Assembly (NCBI GenBank): GCA_951406725.2 | Contig: CATOCA020000001.1 | Span: 4,836,001-4,900,000 of the forward strand | Origin: Octopus vulgaris | Lineage: Eukaryota | Reading direction: 5' to 3' | DNA length: 64,000 nucleotides | Shown: in pieces, positions 12,040 to 23,479 of the stretch | How positions within the stretch are numbered: the stretch's first letter is position 1 | Layout of the letters: the number at the start of each line of letters is the position of its first letter | The notes under the pieces: model-generated | Told to the model about the DNA's origin: nothing | The model's input: the letters and a program-made list of their open reading frames with translations, nothing else | Database searches by the model: none | Position numbers and translations under genes: made by a program

Positions 12040-15000
12040 ATTCGACACTCTTCCAGCAGCTCCTGCAACCAAGCTGGTGCCAAACGTAATGCTCTGCACT
12101 CCTTTGGACTACATCAGCAAGGTCGAGAGAAGAATTCTGACGATTGGGCTACCCGGGATTTTCTTACTTCTTGCCCAGGCCTGGGCAAAACTGGAGAGGA
12201 CATTTTAGTGCTGCTGTAAAAAGTGGCAGAAAAATACGGGAGGTAACAGTCACGAGTGATAAGTTCATTCAAATTGGCGTAAGATATGGGCGCTACGGGT
12301 CACCTCTGACGGTTGGAGGGACCTCCGTATCCCATTGGTTTGTGACTGCCCACCTGAAGCTGGGCAGCCCCTAGTTAGTAAGGTGCTGACCCGCCACAGG
12401 CCGCCTGCTTCATTGGGTGCTTGAAGCTAAGAGTTTGACTTGAGAAGCGGCCTGCAGCCTCTGCACCAGGCAAGCAGCTAAAAGACAAGAAACCACCCGT
12501 CCTGCGGTTAGCAAACTGGAATGTCAGGACTACGTGCCCTGGAATATCTGATGATCTACTCAGGGTTGAAGACACAAGAAAGACGGCCATCTTTAACCGT
12601 GAACAAAACAGGCTTAACATAGACATTGCTGGGCTGCAGGAGCCAAGACTCCCCTCAAACGGGAAAGTCAAAGAACAGGATTGCACCTTCTACTGAGCAT
12701 CTATGCTCCCACTCTCTACAGCCCAGAGGAGACCAAGGACCAGTTCTACAAAGATCTCAACTGTGTCATTAAAAATATACCAACAAATGAAAACATCTAC
12801 CTTCTAGGAGATTCGTGGCCCATTTGTGTTGGACACCTTGATATTGACAACATGAATGACAATGGTCAGAGACTACTTGAATTTTGCACATACCATGTGC
12901 ATCACTAACACATTCTTTGCCAACAAGACATCACACAAGGCATCTTGGAGACATCCAAGATCTCACCACAGGCATCAGATGGATCTCATCATTACACGAA
13001 GATCCTTTCTGAATTCTGTTCACCTGACCCGTAGTTACCACACAGATCACTCACTAATTGGAAGTATGGTGAGGATCCTGCCTAAAAAAGTCCATCACTC
13101 CAAGAAAAAGGGCCGATCACGCATTAAAACTGCCAGAAGCTCGGATCCTACACAGCGAAAATGTTTTGCTGTTTCTATCAAGGTTGCCCTCAGTAGCTGC
13201 CCAAACACCTCTGCTGTAATTAGGTGGAATTATATGAGGGAAGCTTTGTATACGACATCAATAGATACTTTCGGCATGAGAGAAAGGCAAAACCCAGATT
13301 GGTTCAGTGCTGGGCTCTCAGAGCTGGAACCAGTTATCGAAGCAAAGCGTGCAGCTCTGGTGCAATACAAGAGTGATTCTTCTACAAAATCACTCGATGA
13401 AATCTGAAAGGCAAAAAATATAACCCAACTGACAGCCAGACACTGTGCAAATAGGTATTTGAAAGGAAATCTGTCAGAGTATCCAGTCACCTGCCGACAG
13501 TGGCGACACCCGTGGGGTGAATGCCGGTTTGAAGAAGGACCCTCGGCCCATCCGCAACCAAGTCAGCCCCTCTGAAATCAACTACTGGATATCTCATCAA
13601 GGACCAAAGCAAGAAAATGGATAGATGGGTGGAGTACTACCAGGATCTCTACTCATGGGAGATCACGGTAGCTGAGGCTGCAATCGAGAAAGTCAAGATC
13701 TTGCCAGTCATGTGAGAACTTCACAGCCCACCATCTATAGCAGAGCTCACCAAGGCTATTGACATCCTAGCAAGTAACAAGTCTCCGGGAAAAGACGGCA
13801 TCCCCTCAGAGATAATCAAAGCCGGCTAAAACACCATCCTGCTTCGGCACCTTCATGAGATTCTGTGTCAGTGATGAGAGGAGGGTACAGTTCCTCAAAA
13901 TATGCGGGATGCTAACATCATTATGCTTTACAAAAACAAAGGTGATTGTGGTGATTGTAACAATTATCGTGGAATATCTCTTCTACGTACTGTTCGAAAG
14001 ACATTTGCTCGCGTTATCCAGCCCAGGATACAACTGCTAGCTTCTCGAATTTATTCGAAATTGCGGTGTGGCTTTAGAAAGAGCAGATCAACTATTGACA
14101 TGATATTCTCCATACGCCAACTTCAGGAGAAGTCCAGAGAGCAGAAAATACCATTACATATGGCCTTCATTGGTAAGAAGAAAATGCCTCTTCATCCTAC
14201 TCCAAACAATTTGATGTCCACCAAAGCTGCTGAGGATCATCAAGTCTTTCCATGATGATATGCAAGGCACCATACAGCACAAAGGTTCAACAACAGCCGC
14301 CTTCCAAATAAAAAACGGAGTAAAGCAAGGTTGTGTCCTTGTTCCTACATTATTTGGCATCTTCTTCTCGCTGCTGCTCTCACATGCCTTTCAGACATCA
14401 GATGATGGAGTGTTTCTGCAGAGTAGAAGTGACGGGAAACTGTTCAATCTCTCGCGCCTGCGTGGCAAGACCAAAATCAGAAGCGTCCTGCTCAGGGAAA
14501 TGCTATTTGCTGATGATGCCGCTCTGGTATCACACACAGAAGAAGCCCTAGAAAGGCTCATCAGCTGTTGTGAGCAGGCATGTAACGATTTTGGCTTACC
14601 TATCAGCCTCAAGAAGACCAACATCATGGGTCAGGCTACACCGGACATCCCAAACATACATATTGGAGACCACAGATTAGAGGAAGTGGAAACGTTTACC
14701 TATCTTGGCTCTACCGTCACCTACAACCTATCCCTTGATGTTGAGCTCAATATACGCATTGGCAAAGCATCTGCTGTGATGGCCCAACTCTCGAAACGAG
14801 CATGGGTCAACATTAAGCTGACCAAGAACACAAAAATGAAGATTTACCAGGCATGTGTACTTAGCACTCTACTGTATGGAAGTGAGACTTGGACGCCATT
14901 CACACGCCAAGAGCGTCGCCTAAATAACTTTCCCCTGCGCTGCCTCTGGAAAAGCCTTCGCATCAAATAGCAGAATCATGTCCCCAACAAAGATGTCCTC

Positions 15001-15236
15001 AAGCAAGCTGGAATACTAAGCATGTTTGCATTCCTCACACAAAGACGTATGAGATGGCTTGGATATGTTAGCCGTATGGAAGATGGCAGAATCCTCAAGA
15101 ACATATTCTACGGAGAGCTTGCTAGGGGCACTAGGTCTGCGGGTAGACCGTTCTTACGATACAATGATGTTTGCCAAAGGGACATGAAGGCCTGCAACAT
15201 TAATATTAGCAACTGGGTAGCAGTTGCCAGCAACCG
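12040..15236 (+). mobile_element. Decayed RTE (BovB-like) LINE
   Basis: APE motifs (LANWNVRT, IAGLQE, WRHPRSH..HQMDLII) and RT motifs (NYRGISLL, GVKQGCVL, LFADD, YLGS) in frameshifted ORFs 12681-15236. Runs into an N gap. Confidence 0.92.
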
Positions 15237-15336
15237 NNNNNNNNNNNNNNNNNNNNNNNNNNNNNNNNNNNNNNNNNNNNNNNNNNNNNNNNNNNNNNNN
15301 NNNNNNNNNNNNNNNNNNNNNNNNNNNNNNNNNNNN
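15237..15336. other. Assembly gap (100 N)
   Basis: Run of n. Confidence 1.
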
Positions 15337-15885
15337 ACTAGGTTATCTAATATATTTCTGGGGTGGTTGGAATTGATATCTATATATCTAAGGGATTCAT
15401 TTGGTTTGTGGTACGGGTAATAAAGTGAGGTTTTTAAGTCGAGGGTGACATCTAGGAAGTTAGCCTTAGTTAAGTTGGATTCTAGGGTAATCCTAAGGCC
15501 TAAGTTTTTAAAGAAGGTGTGAAGATTTTTCCGGAACCCATCCGTGGTCCTGGGGTTTATATTGTGGAGGGCGAAAAGGCCGTCATCTCGGTAAAGACCA
15601 CCGGAGAGGCCTGTGAATAGGGTTTTCAGCCTATGGAGGATGAAAAGGCCCACTAGGTCACTTATTTCAGCAGAGTCGTTAGCACCCATGCTGACGTCGA
15701 AGGGGGTCACAGATTTTTTGTTGATCCAGTGGGATCCGTCATAGAAAAGAAAAGTCTTACGTGCGTGGAGGATCACATCTTGCTCGGCCTCGGTGATGGT
15801 GGAGGACCTCCTGGCGAAGTTAATCGCATCGATCAGCAAGCTCTCCGATATAGAGGCGTAGTAATCCTCGATATCCAGTTGTAGG
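15337..15885 (-). mobile_element. Penelope-like element reverse transcriptase fragment
   Basis: [54 protein letters not shown] are PLE RT motifs. Confidence 0.9.
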
Positions 15886-15942
15886 GTGTGGGCGGGTGTA
15901 TGTATGTGTGTATGTAGATATGTATGTATGTGTGTACATATG

Positions 15943-15983
<41 letters not shown>

Positions 15984-16367
15984 ATATATGTGTGTGTGTA
16001 TATATATGTGTATGTATGTATGTGTGTGTAGATACGTATACACATGTGTGTATAGGTATAAGTGAGAATCTCCTTATTTACCTATAACTCTATCCCCCCT
16101 TTTTTTATATATATATTTTTATATATATATTTTATATATATATTTTTTTATATATATTTTTTATATTTTTTATTTTTTTATTTTATTTTTTTATTTTTTA
16201 TTTTTTTATTTTTTTATTTATCTATTCTTTCATCTAACTTACCACTGACTCCTTGACCACTCCCCCAAGTATGATATTTTGCGCTATGCCTACCCCCAAA
16301 AAGTCCCCCACCACCACTCCTTTAAACCTGCCTAAATGTATAAATGCTAATACAATTCTTGTTAAAT

Positions 16368-16418
16368 AGCTTCCTGAAGATTTCTCTTGAATGAAACAGT
16401 ACTAGTCCTGTAGAAGCT
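16368..16418 (+). ncRNA. Type I hammerhead-like motif with bulged stem I
   Basis: AGCUUC-CUGAAGA-U-UUC-UCUU-GAA-U-GAAA-CAGUACUAG-UC-(CUGUA)-GAAGCU. Near-palindromic stem III, GUC triplet. Confidence 0.55.
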
Positions 16419-16429
16419 CCTTCTATATA

Positions 16430-16504
<75 letters not shown>

Positions 16505-16978
16505 CATATATAATCTACAGGATATCAAGTGGTTATGGTGTTTCAAGCAGCTTAATTTAATTGAAACAATAGAATCATTACATCAATTTAAATGCAATGC
16601 CATCTTCAGCTGCATAAATAAAGAAATAGAATTTTAATAAGTAGGACACTTTATTGTAATTTCTCTCAAATATTTTAACAGAGCAAGAATATGGAGAAAA
16701 TCATATTGTCGCTATTCTAGTTAAGAATAGACTACTCTTCCAAGAATTGCATGGAGCCTGGTTGGGGTGGGGGTCCTTGTGTTGTAAGGGATTGTAATTC
16801 ATTTCTAAATCATTTATCTCTTTACAAACTACTAAATGAAAAACTAGAAATCTGTCTATTTTGAATAAATATATATGCTCTCCGTATATGTTTGCAACAC
16901 TTCATGTATCATTGTCCTCAAATCAGCCAGCAGGTGGTCCAAACAATTTATTTCCAACATTAACTACTGCTGCTGCTG

Positions 16979-16980
<2 letters not shown>

Positions 16981-17058
<78 letters not shown>
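16981..17058. repeat. (ACT)n microsatellite about 35 nt upstream of a splice acceptor
   Basis: About 26 ACT units. Confidence 0.98.
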
Positions 17059-17094
17059 GGCTTCTTTCATGTCCATATTTTGCTTCTTTTTCAG

Positions 17095-17209
17095 TATTTT
17101 GTGATGAAAGCACAACTTCAACTAACAATCGAGCTTTCTCTTGGCCAATGACAAAAATAGGAACTACTGCGGAGATCCCATGTCATGGAAATGTAGCCAC
17201 CAGGCATTG
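17095..17209 (+). CDS. Exon, first half of adhesion-GPCR-type HRM domain
   Basis: ttttcag acceptor and gt donor, phase 1-2. VFCDESTTSTNNRAFSWPMTKIGTTAEIPCHGNVATRH(C) fits the C..WP.T..G..A..PC..ATR.C pattern. Confidence 0.85.
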
Positions 17210-17459
17210 GTTCGTTTGTATTGATTTATTTCTACTCAAAGTTTGAAGTTTTCAGCGTCATCCTATTGTGAGAGAATGTTACTTGGTAGAGCAAATAACA
17301 GGTTTATAGATTAACAAGATGGAATTAAACGTCTATCGGTTGCAATCTCTTGTCCCAGCATTTTTACATTTTATACATTATTTGATATAATTTAGCCTTG
17401 TCCTAACTACCTAGGGTTGCTTTGTCGCCAATATTATACAAAGCTTTCATTTCATTCGT

Positions 17460-17830
17460 TTTTATGTTCTGAGTTCAAATTCCGCTAAGGTCGACTTTGC
17501 CTTTAATTTTTTCGGTTCGATGAAATAAATACCAATTGAGCACTGGGGTTGGTGTAAACGACTTATCCCTTCCCCTGAAATTGCTGGCCTTGTGCCAAAA
17601 TTTGAAACCAATATTAGACAAGGCTTTATGGTGCTGACCTGGCGGAATCGTTTCCATGCCGGACAAAATGCTTAGCAGCATTTCCTCTGACTTTACATTC
17701 TGAGATCAAATGCTACCAGGGTCGACTTTATCTTTTACCCTTACGGGATCGATAAAATAAGTACGCTGGGGTCTATGTTATCGAACTATCCTCACCCAAA
17801 ATATATGACCCTGTGGCAAAATTTGAAATC
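17460..17830 (+). mobile_element. Two tandem copies of SINE family B (Meta-domain-like core)
   Basis: ctgagttcaaattcc...gtcgactttgccttt...gataaaataagtac...ctgggg. Further copies at 19421 and about 27359-27470. Confidence 0.75.
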
Positions 17831-18621
17831 AGCATTATTCAAAGATTTAAAGATTCTTGTAAGTTCCAGAATTTCACAAAATAATTGTAGCAAAGAAAGC
17901 ACATACCTAGATACAGCCAATAGAATCTATCGGTGATTCTGTTGGTTTCAGGCTAATACTATTTATTCAATGTTATGATTACATTAGAGCTATATATCTT
18001 GCTAGTACATGATGGTCATCCTGGGATTTCACTCATCACAGACTATGTAATACGGTCTCTCTTCTCTCATTTCTACCACGTCATTCCACAGGTTAAGCAT
18101 CTAACTTGATCCTCCCAGAGGCTGAGCTTTATTAGTTTTAAGACAAGACCAACTGGTGGAATTACTCAAATCTGTGCATATGTAGGAAAATATACATAAA
18201 TCCATTGCTGCCGCTGTTGCTACTGATGTCTATGGTGTCGAAATATTAGCAACTAATTCCCCCATTCAACTTGAACTAACAACTTGGCTCCTTAATTCTG
18301 CATCACTTACACCGTTCCAACTAATCTTTTATTGAATAATCATAAAAACAAGAAATTATTGTAAATAAAAACAGATGCAGGAATATTGTTTTTATATCTG
18401 AACTCTAGTTAGAAAATATTTGACATTAGTTTTGAGGATAGGGGTCAGGAGTAAGTAATAGATTTCTCCCCCAAATGCAAGACACCATTTATCCTTCTTT
18501 CACTAAATTATGAGTTCAAATCACGACCAGTTCGAAGGTTTCTTATATTCCTCTGAGATTGATGAAATTCTCCTCGGAATGAATAAACTCAACTGACAAT
18601 ATTTAACATTTATTTTTTCAG

Positions 18622-18764
18622 TTCTTCCAGGACGATGGGGCATCCAGAAATGGCATCAAGTCAAAACCTGTCATCACAAAAGTGTTCACCGTTTACTGGT
18701 ATCTGGCAAGAACCAGACATGTCTCAATGTTACAATGCAGAACAGAGCAAAGGCATTGATGATG
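18622..18764 (+). CDS. Exon, second half of HRM domain
   Basis: tttttcag acceptor and gtgag donor, 143 nt, phase 2-1. CSSRTMG...KCSPFTGIWQEPDMSQCYNAEQSKGIDD contains the W..PD.S.C motif. Confidence 0.85.
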
Positions 18765-19420
18765 GTGAGCGAGCAAATGTTTTTAAATGACTTTTACAGT
18801 AGTAGAAGTAGCAGGATGAGAAGAAGTAATTTTTGTGAGTGACTTCCTGTCTGTTTAAATACGACCACTCTGGTGGGGGTGGGGTGAGTGTGTATGTGTA
18901 TGTCTTTCTATGTCTGTTCCATTATGACTGTCCTGTGTGTGTGTGTGTGTTTGTAATTACAATGATTTATCAAAAGGTAATGCAACCTATTCTCCCGCTT
19001 GAGTCCTCCGGGAATGTGTCCATCTCGTTCAACGGCAAATCATTTGACTCATTTATGGAAACGTTATTAAAGAATTTATTACTTTGGAGAGTTGAGTTCA
19101 TTATTGTAATATCGTTAAAACCACGTTTTCGTAAACATTCTGCAGACAGGCTGAGTAGATAGAGAAGCAGAAAAACAACAGGGATATTACTGGTACATAC
19201 CACTTTGCATACATTACGTTGGAGCGGTGGTTGTAGAATCTTCAAATATTCAATGACATACCCTACATATCTGTTTGTCATAGAATATAAGCAATTTACT
19301 TCTCTCAAATGTCAAATGGCACTGTCAAATTGAATAGATTTTCATATGCATTTAGTGATGTGATGATTTCAATTTCTCATTAGACCATTATGAAAACTTA
19401 TCACTATTAATCCTTAAATT

Positions 19421-19635
19421 AGGCAGTAAGCTGGCAGAATCGTTAGCAGAGCGGGAGAAATGCCTTGCAGTACTTCGTCTGTCTTTACGTTCTGAGTTCA
19501 AATTCCGCCGAGATTGACTTTGCTTTTCATCATTTCTGTGTCGATAAAATAATCACAAGTTGAGCTCTGGGTCAATGTAATCAACTTAACCCCTACACCG
19601 AATCTGCTGGTCACGTACAAATGTCTGAAACCTGT
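19421..19635 (+). mobile_element. SINE family B copy
   Basis: ggcagaatcgttagca head and gagttcaaattcc B-box, same core as 17460. Confidence 0.75.
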
Positions 19636-19719
19636 ATTATTCCGTTTATTATGCTCTTTTATTTACACGATTTTTTCATTTCATGTTCATTTCATTCATC
19701 GTTTACAATGCTCTCTTCT

Positions 19720-19756
<37 letters not shown>

Positions 19757-19799
19757 ACACTCACACACACACAGATGGAATCAATCACCACGACATGAA

Positions 19800-20365
19800 G
19801 GAAAATAGAAAAAGAGAGCACTTTTGGCGAGTGAGCAAAATATTGGTTTGAAAGCTGAAAAACTGAAGTGGACAGTGAAACTAAAGGAGATGGACAGGAA
19901 GTCAAGAAAGGTCCTAACGATGTATGGAGCCCATCACCCACATGCAGACCTCGATCGCCGATACACGAAGAGAGCGAATGGAAGAAAGGGACTGATAAGT
20001 GTGGGAAACTGCGTGCGTTTCGAACTCGAAGTCTTAATGAGATACCGAACCCAAAGTAAGGAGACCTTGTTAGTGACAGTTAGGAATGAGGGAGTATTGA
20101 AAGCAGGAAAAACGAAGGAAGAAACACAAAAAGAAATGAAGAAGAATGGCGCAAGAAGGGAGAACACAATGAATTTCCATATAACAAAAAATAGGTGGGA
20201 TTGGCTGATGAAAGGAATTCTAAAGAAAGAGACCGAGAACACTATATTGGCAGCGCAAGAGTAAGCTTTAGCCACAAACTGGAGGGTCGACATTAGAATG
20301 AGCAAGTGTCCAGGAACGCCGACAATGCAAGCCTCAAGGAACCCCTAGAAAACCTGTGATAAAGA
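19800..20365 (+). mobile_element. R4/Dong-like non-LTR retrotransposon 3' fragment, internally deleted
   Basis: DRKSRKVLTMYGAHHPHADLDRRY.KR.NGRKGLISV and WLMKGILKKETENTILAAQE. Confidence 0.8.
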
Positions 20366-20528
20366 GAATACATATATACATACATACATACATACATACA
20401 TACATACACAGGCGTATGTACGTACATGCATACGTACATACATACACACATGTATGCATACATACACACATACATACGTACATATATATGACGAACTAAC
20501 TGTTACTTTCTCAGATGCAGCACGGATT

Positions 20529-20578
20529 TTTGTCAGTGAACAGGTCGCGGATTTTAGCGACGAAAATATTTTGACAAA
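20529..20578 (+). ncRNA. Type I hammerhead motif with G3-C8 swapped core
   Basis: UUUGUCA-GUGAACA-G-GUCGC-GGAUUUUA-GCGAC-GAA-AAUAUU-U-UGACAAA: 7-bp stem I, 5-bp stem II, palindromic stem III. Confidence 0.7.
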
Positions 20579-21078
20579 TTAAACTTAAATGTTGAAGTGA
20601 ATCGAATGGCTTTTGTGTGTTTCTTATATGACTTATAGACACCTTCCACGCTGCAATTGTTTTCATTTCAGCACACGATCTCAGATCAAATTACTTGCTA
20701 TGCGAGTACATCTCCGTAATATATGTATATATATATATTGATTTTATATATATATATATATATACATATATACATATATATATATGCAACCATACCCACA
20801 CTTGCATACATATGTATTAGAATATGATTGTTCCTTTCCAGCAACACAAAACCATCCAATGGCCATTTTTATGGGTTTCGAATCAAAAAGCCTACAGTTA
20901 CAAGGAAAATGACAATAATAAAAGCACAGTAAAATAGAACGTAAAAGAAATATCTAAACCGGTTTTTATTAATTTGATTACCCTGTGTACAAGGGATACA
21001 TTGTGTTGCAAGGAAGAGGGATATTATCGTTTGGAAGGAGAATCGCTTTCAATTGAAATTTCAGGAAGAACCTGGGTG

Positions 21079-21437
21079 GTACCTTGGGCAAGTGTCTTCT
21101 ACTATAGCCTCGGGCCGACCAAAACCTTGTGAGTGGATTTGGTAGACGGAAACAGAAAGAAGCCTGTCGTATATATGTATATGTATATATATCTATGTGT
21201 GTGTATGTGTATATATGTTTGTGTCTGTTTTTGCCCCCCCTTCAACATCGCTTGACAACCGATGCTGGTGTGTTTACGACCCTGTAACTTAGCGGTTCGG
21301 CAAAAGAGACCGATAGAATAAATACTAGGCTTACAAAGAATAAGTACTGGGGGGTGATTTGCTCGACTAAAGGCAGTGCTCCAGCATGGCCACAGTCAAA
21401 TGACTGAAACAAGTGAAAGAGTAAAAAGAGTAAAGAG
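21079..21437 (+). mobile_element. SINE family A, 5'-truncated copy
   Basis: Body and tail match the 7930 and 10906 copies. Confidence 0.85.
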
Positions 21438-21458
21438 TATATATGTATCTTTAGTCAA

Positions 21459-21690
21459 ATATATTCAATGAGAATATTATATACTGAATATATATTGAGT
21501 GCTCTATTGTATCAAAGTGTTATTATTATTAAGGTATTTATATATTTAATGCGAGCGATTATATATATTTTTAAATAATATATTATTATTAATATTAAGA
21601 ATTTAATATCAGAAAACTCCTCAGAAAGATATACACGTGTGAAAAAAAATTGTTGTATTAAAAATATATAAATAAATAAATATAAATATA
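21459..21690. repeat. AT-rich dispersed repeat, second copy at 46182-46420
   Basis: Shared aatatattcaat...gagtgctc.attgtat...agatatac.cgtgtgaaa...ttgtattaaaaatatata. Confidence 0.8.
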
Positions 21691-21703
21691 GTCCCGCCTG
21701 AAA

Positions 21704-23345
21704 ATAAAACTGTTGGAAATTGAAAAATGTCTGCAACTCTCCCATGAAAAGGAAAGAGCAGACAAAGAAGCCTGGGCTATAGACAACATAAAATCTAACC
21801 CCAGAGCTTTCTACAGGTATGCCAAAGAAACAGCTACGGTGTACTGTAGGATAGGGCCCCTCCTTGAAAAGGATGGCACACTCACAGGAAAACCAATGAG
21901 AGTAAGTGAAATACTGAATGAGCAATTCAAGAGTGTTTTCACTCCACCCCTTGGGCATTTCCAAATCACCAATCCAACTGACTTCTTTACCACTGCAGAT
22001 ATAAAATCAGAGGCGGCGACGATAAATTACATCGATATAAAGGAAGACGATGTAATAAAGGCTATAGATGAAATGAAAACAGACTCAGCTACTGGCCCTG
22101 ATGGATTCCCAGCAATCCTCCTAAAAGTATGTAAGAGAGTCCTAGCAAGACCACTGCAGTTCCTCTTTCAGAGCTTCCTTGCAGCTGGCAAACTTCCAAG
22201 AAAACTGAAGGAAGGTAAAATATGCCCTATTCATAAAGGAGGTAGCAGAGCGGAGGCCAAGAACTACAGACCTATCTCTCTGACCTCACACATCAGCAAG
22301 GTCATGGAACGAATAGTCAGAGGGAAACTGATCACCTTCCTTGAAGAAAATGACTTGCTGCTCGACACACAACATGGTTTCCGACCAGGGAGAAGCTGTT
22401 TAACTCAGCTCCTACAACACTATGACTGGGTGCTGAAACGACTGCTCAACCACTCAAATGTGGAAGTGATATATCTCGACTTTGCAAAGGCCTTTGATAA
22501 AGTCGATCATGGAATGATATGTCACAAACTGCGTGATCTCAACATAGTTGGAAAACTGGGAGAATGGCTTCATGACTTTCTGAAAGATAGAAGTCAGGTG
22601 GTAGTAGCCATTAACACGCAAATAGTGAGCGGTGTTCCGCAGGGCACTGTTTTGGGACCACTACTGTTCATAATGGCCCTCTCAGACATGCCCTCAGCCA
22701 CGCAGAGAGCCACGATCACAAGTTATGCAGATGATACAAAAGTTTCACAGGCAATACAGAACCCTGAGGACACTAAAGGCCTGCAATGTGAGCTGGACAA
22801 AATATACAAGTGGGCTGAAAAGAATAGCATGCAGTTCAATGCTGAAAAGTTTCAAGCTTTATACTATCAGCATGCACAACTAAATGCAATACCCAATGAA
22901 TACACTGGACCCGGAGGAATTGCAATCCCAGAGGCACAATCAGTGCGTGACCTGGGTATTTACATGAGTGATGACGCAACCTTTCGTGTACATGTTGCTA
23001 AATTGGCAATGAAATGTAGACGACTGGCCGGATGGATTCTCAGAACCTTTAGAACAAGAGAACAAGAAACCAAGATGGTCCTCTGGAGGACACTTGTCCT
23101 AAGCCACTTTGACTATTGCTCTCAGTTATAGTCACATCCAGTGTCAAGTTGATCACAGAACTTGAGGCGATCCAGCGTAGCTACACGAAGATAGCCTCTA
23201 TGCAGAATATAAGCTACTAGGAAAGACTCAAGAGATTAAAACTATATTCCTTGGAGAGTAGGCGGGAAAGATATGCCATAATAAACATCTGGAAGATCCT
23301 GGAGGGACTTGTCCCAAACTTTGGCATCGAGAGTTACACAAATTG
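21704..23345 (+). mobile_element. CR1/jockey-group LINE RT fragment, truncated at both ends
   Basis: ORF 21713-23131: NYRPISLTSH, QHGFR, YLDFAKAFDKV, GVPQGTVLGP, YADD. Decayed continuation to about 23345. Confidence 0.93.
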
Positions 23346-23418
23346 TGATTTTTGCTACCAAGGTATCGGTTAAACTTTTGATTAATCTGCAACAAGATTA
23401 TTCATCTTTCTATTTCAC

Positions 23419-23475
<57 letters not shown>

Positions 23476-23479
<4 letters not shown>

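Noticed and set aside
12040-12200. HDV-like ribozyme in the RTE 5' UTR
   Set aside because: Expected for some RTEs, but I could not assign the P1-P4 double pseudoknot by eye.
15108-16043. 311-aa ORF as one protein, or an RTE-Penelope fusion
   Set aside because: It reads through a microsatellite and a 100-N gap joining unrelated elements.
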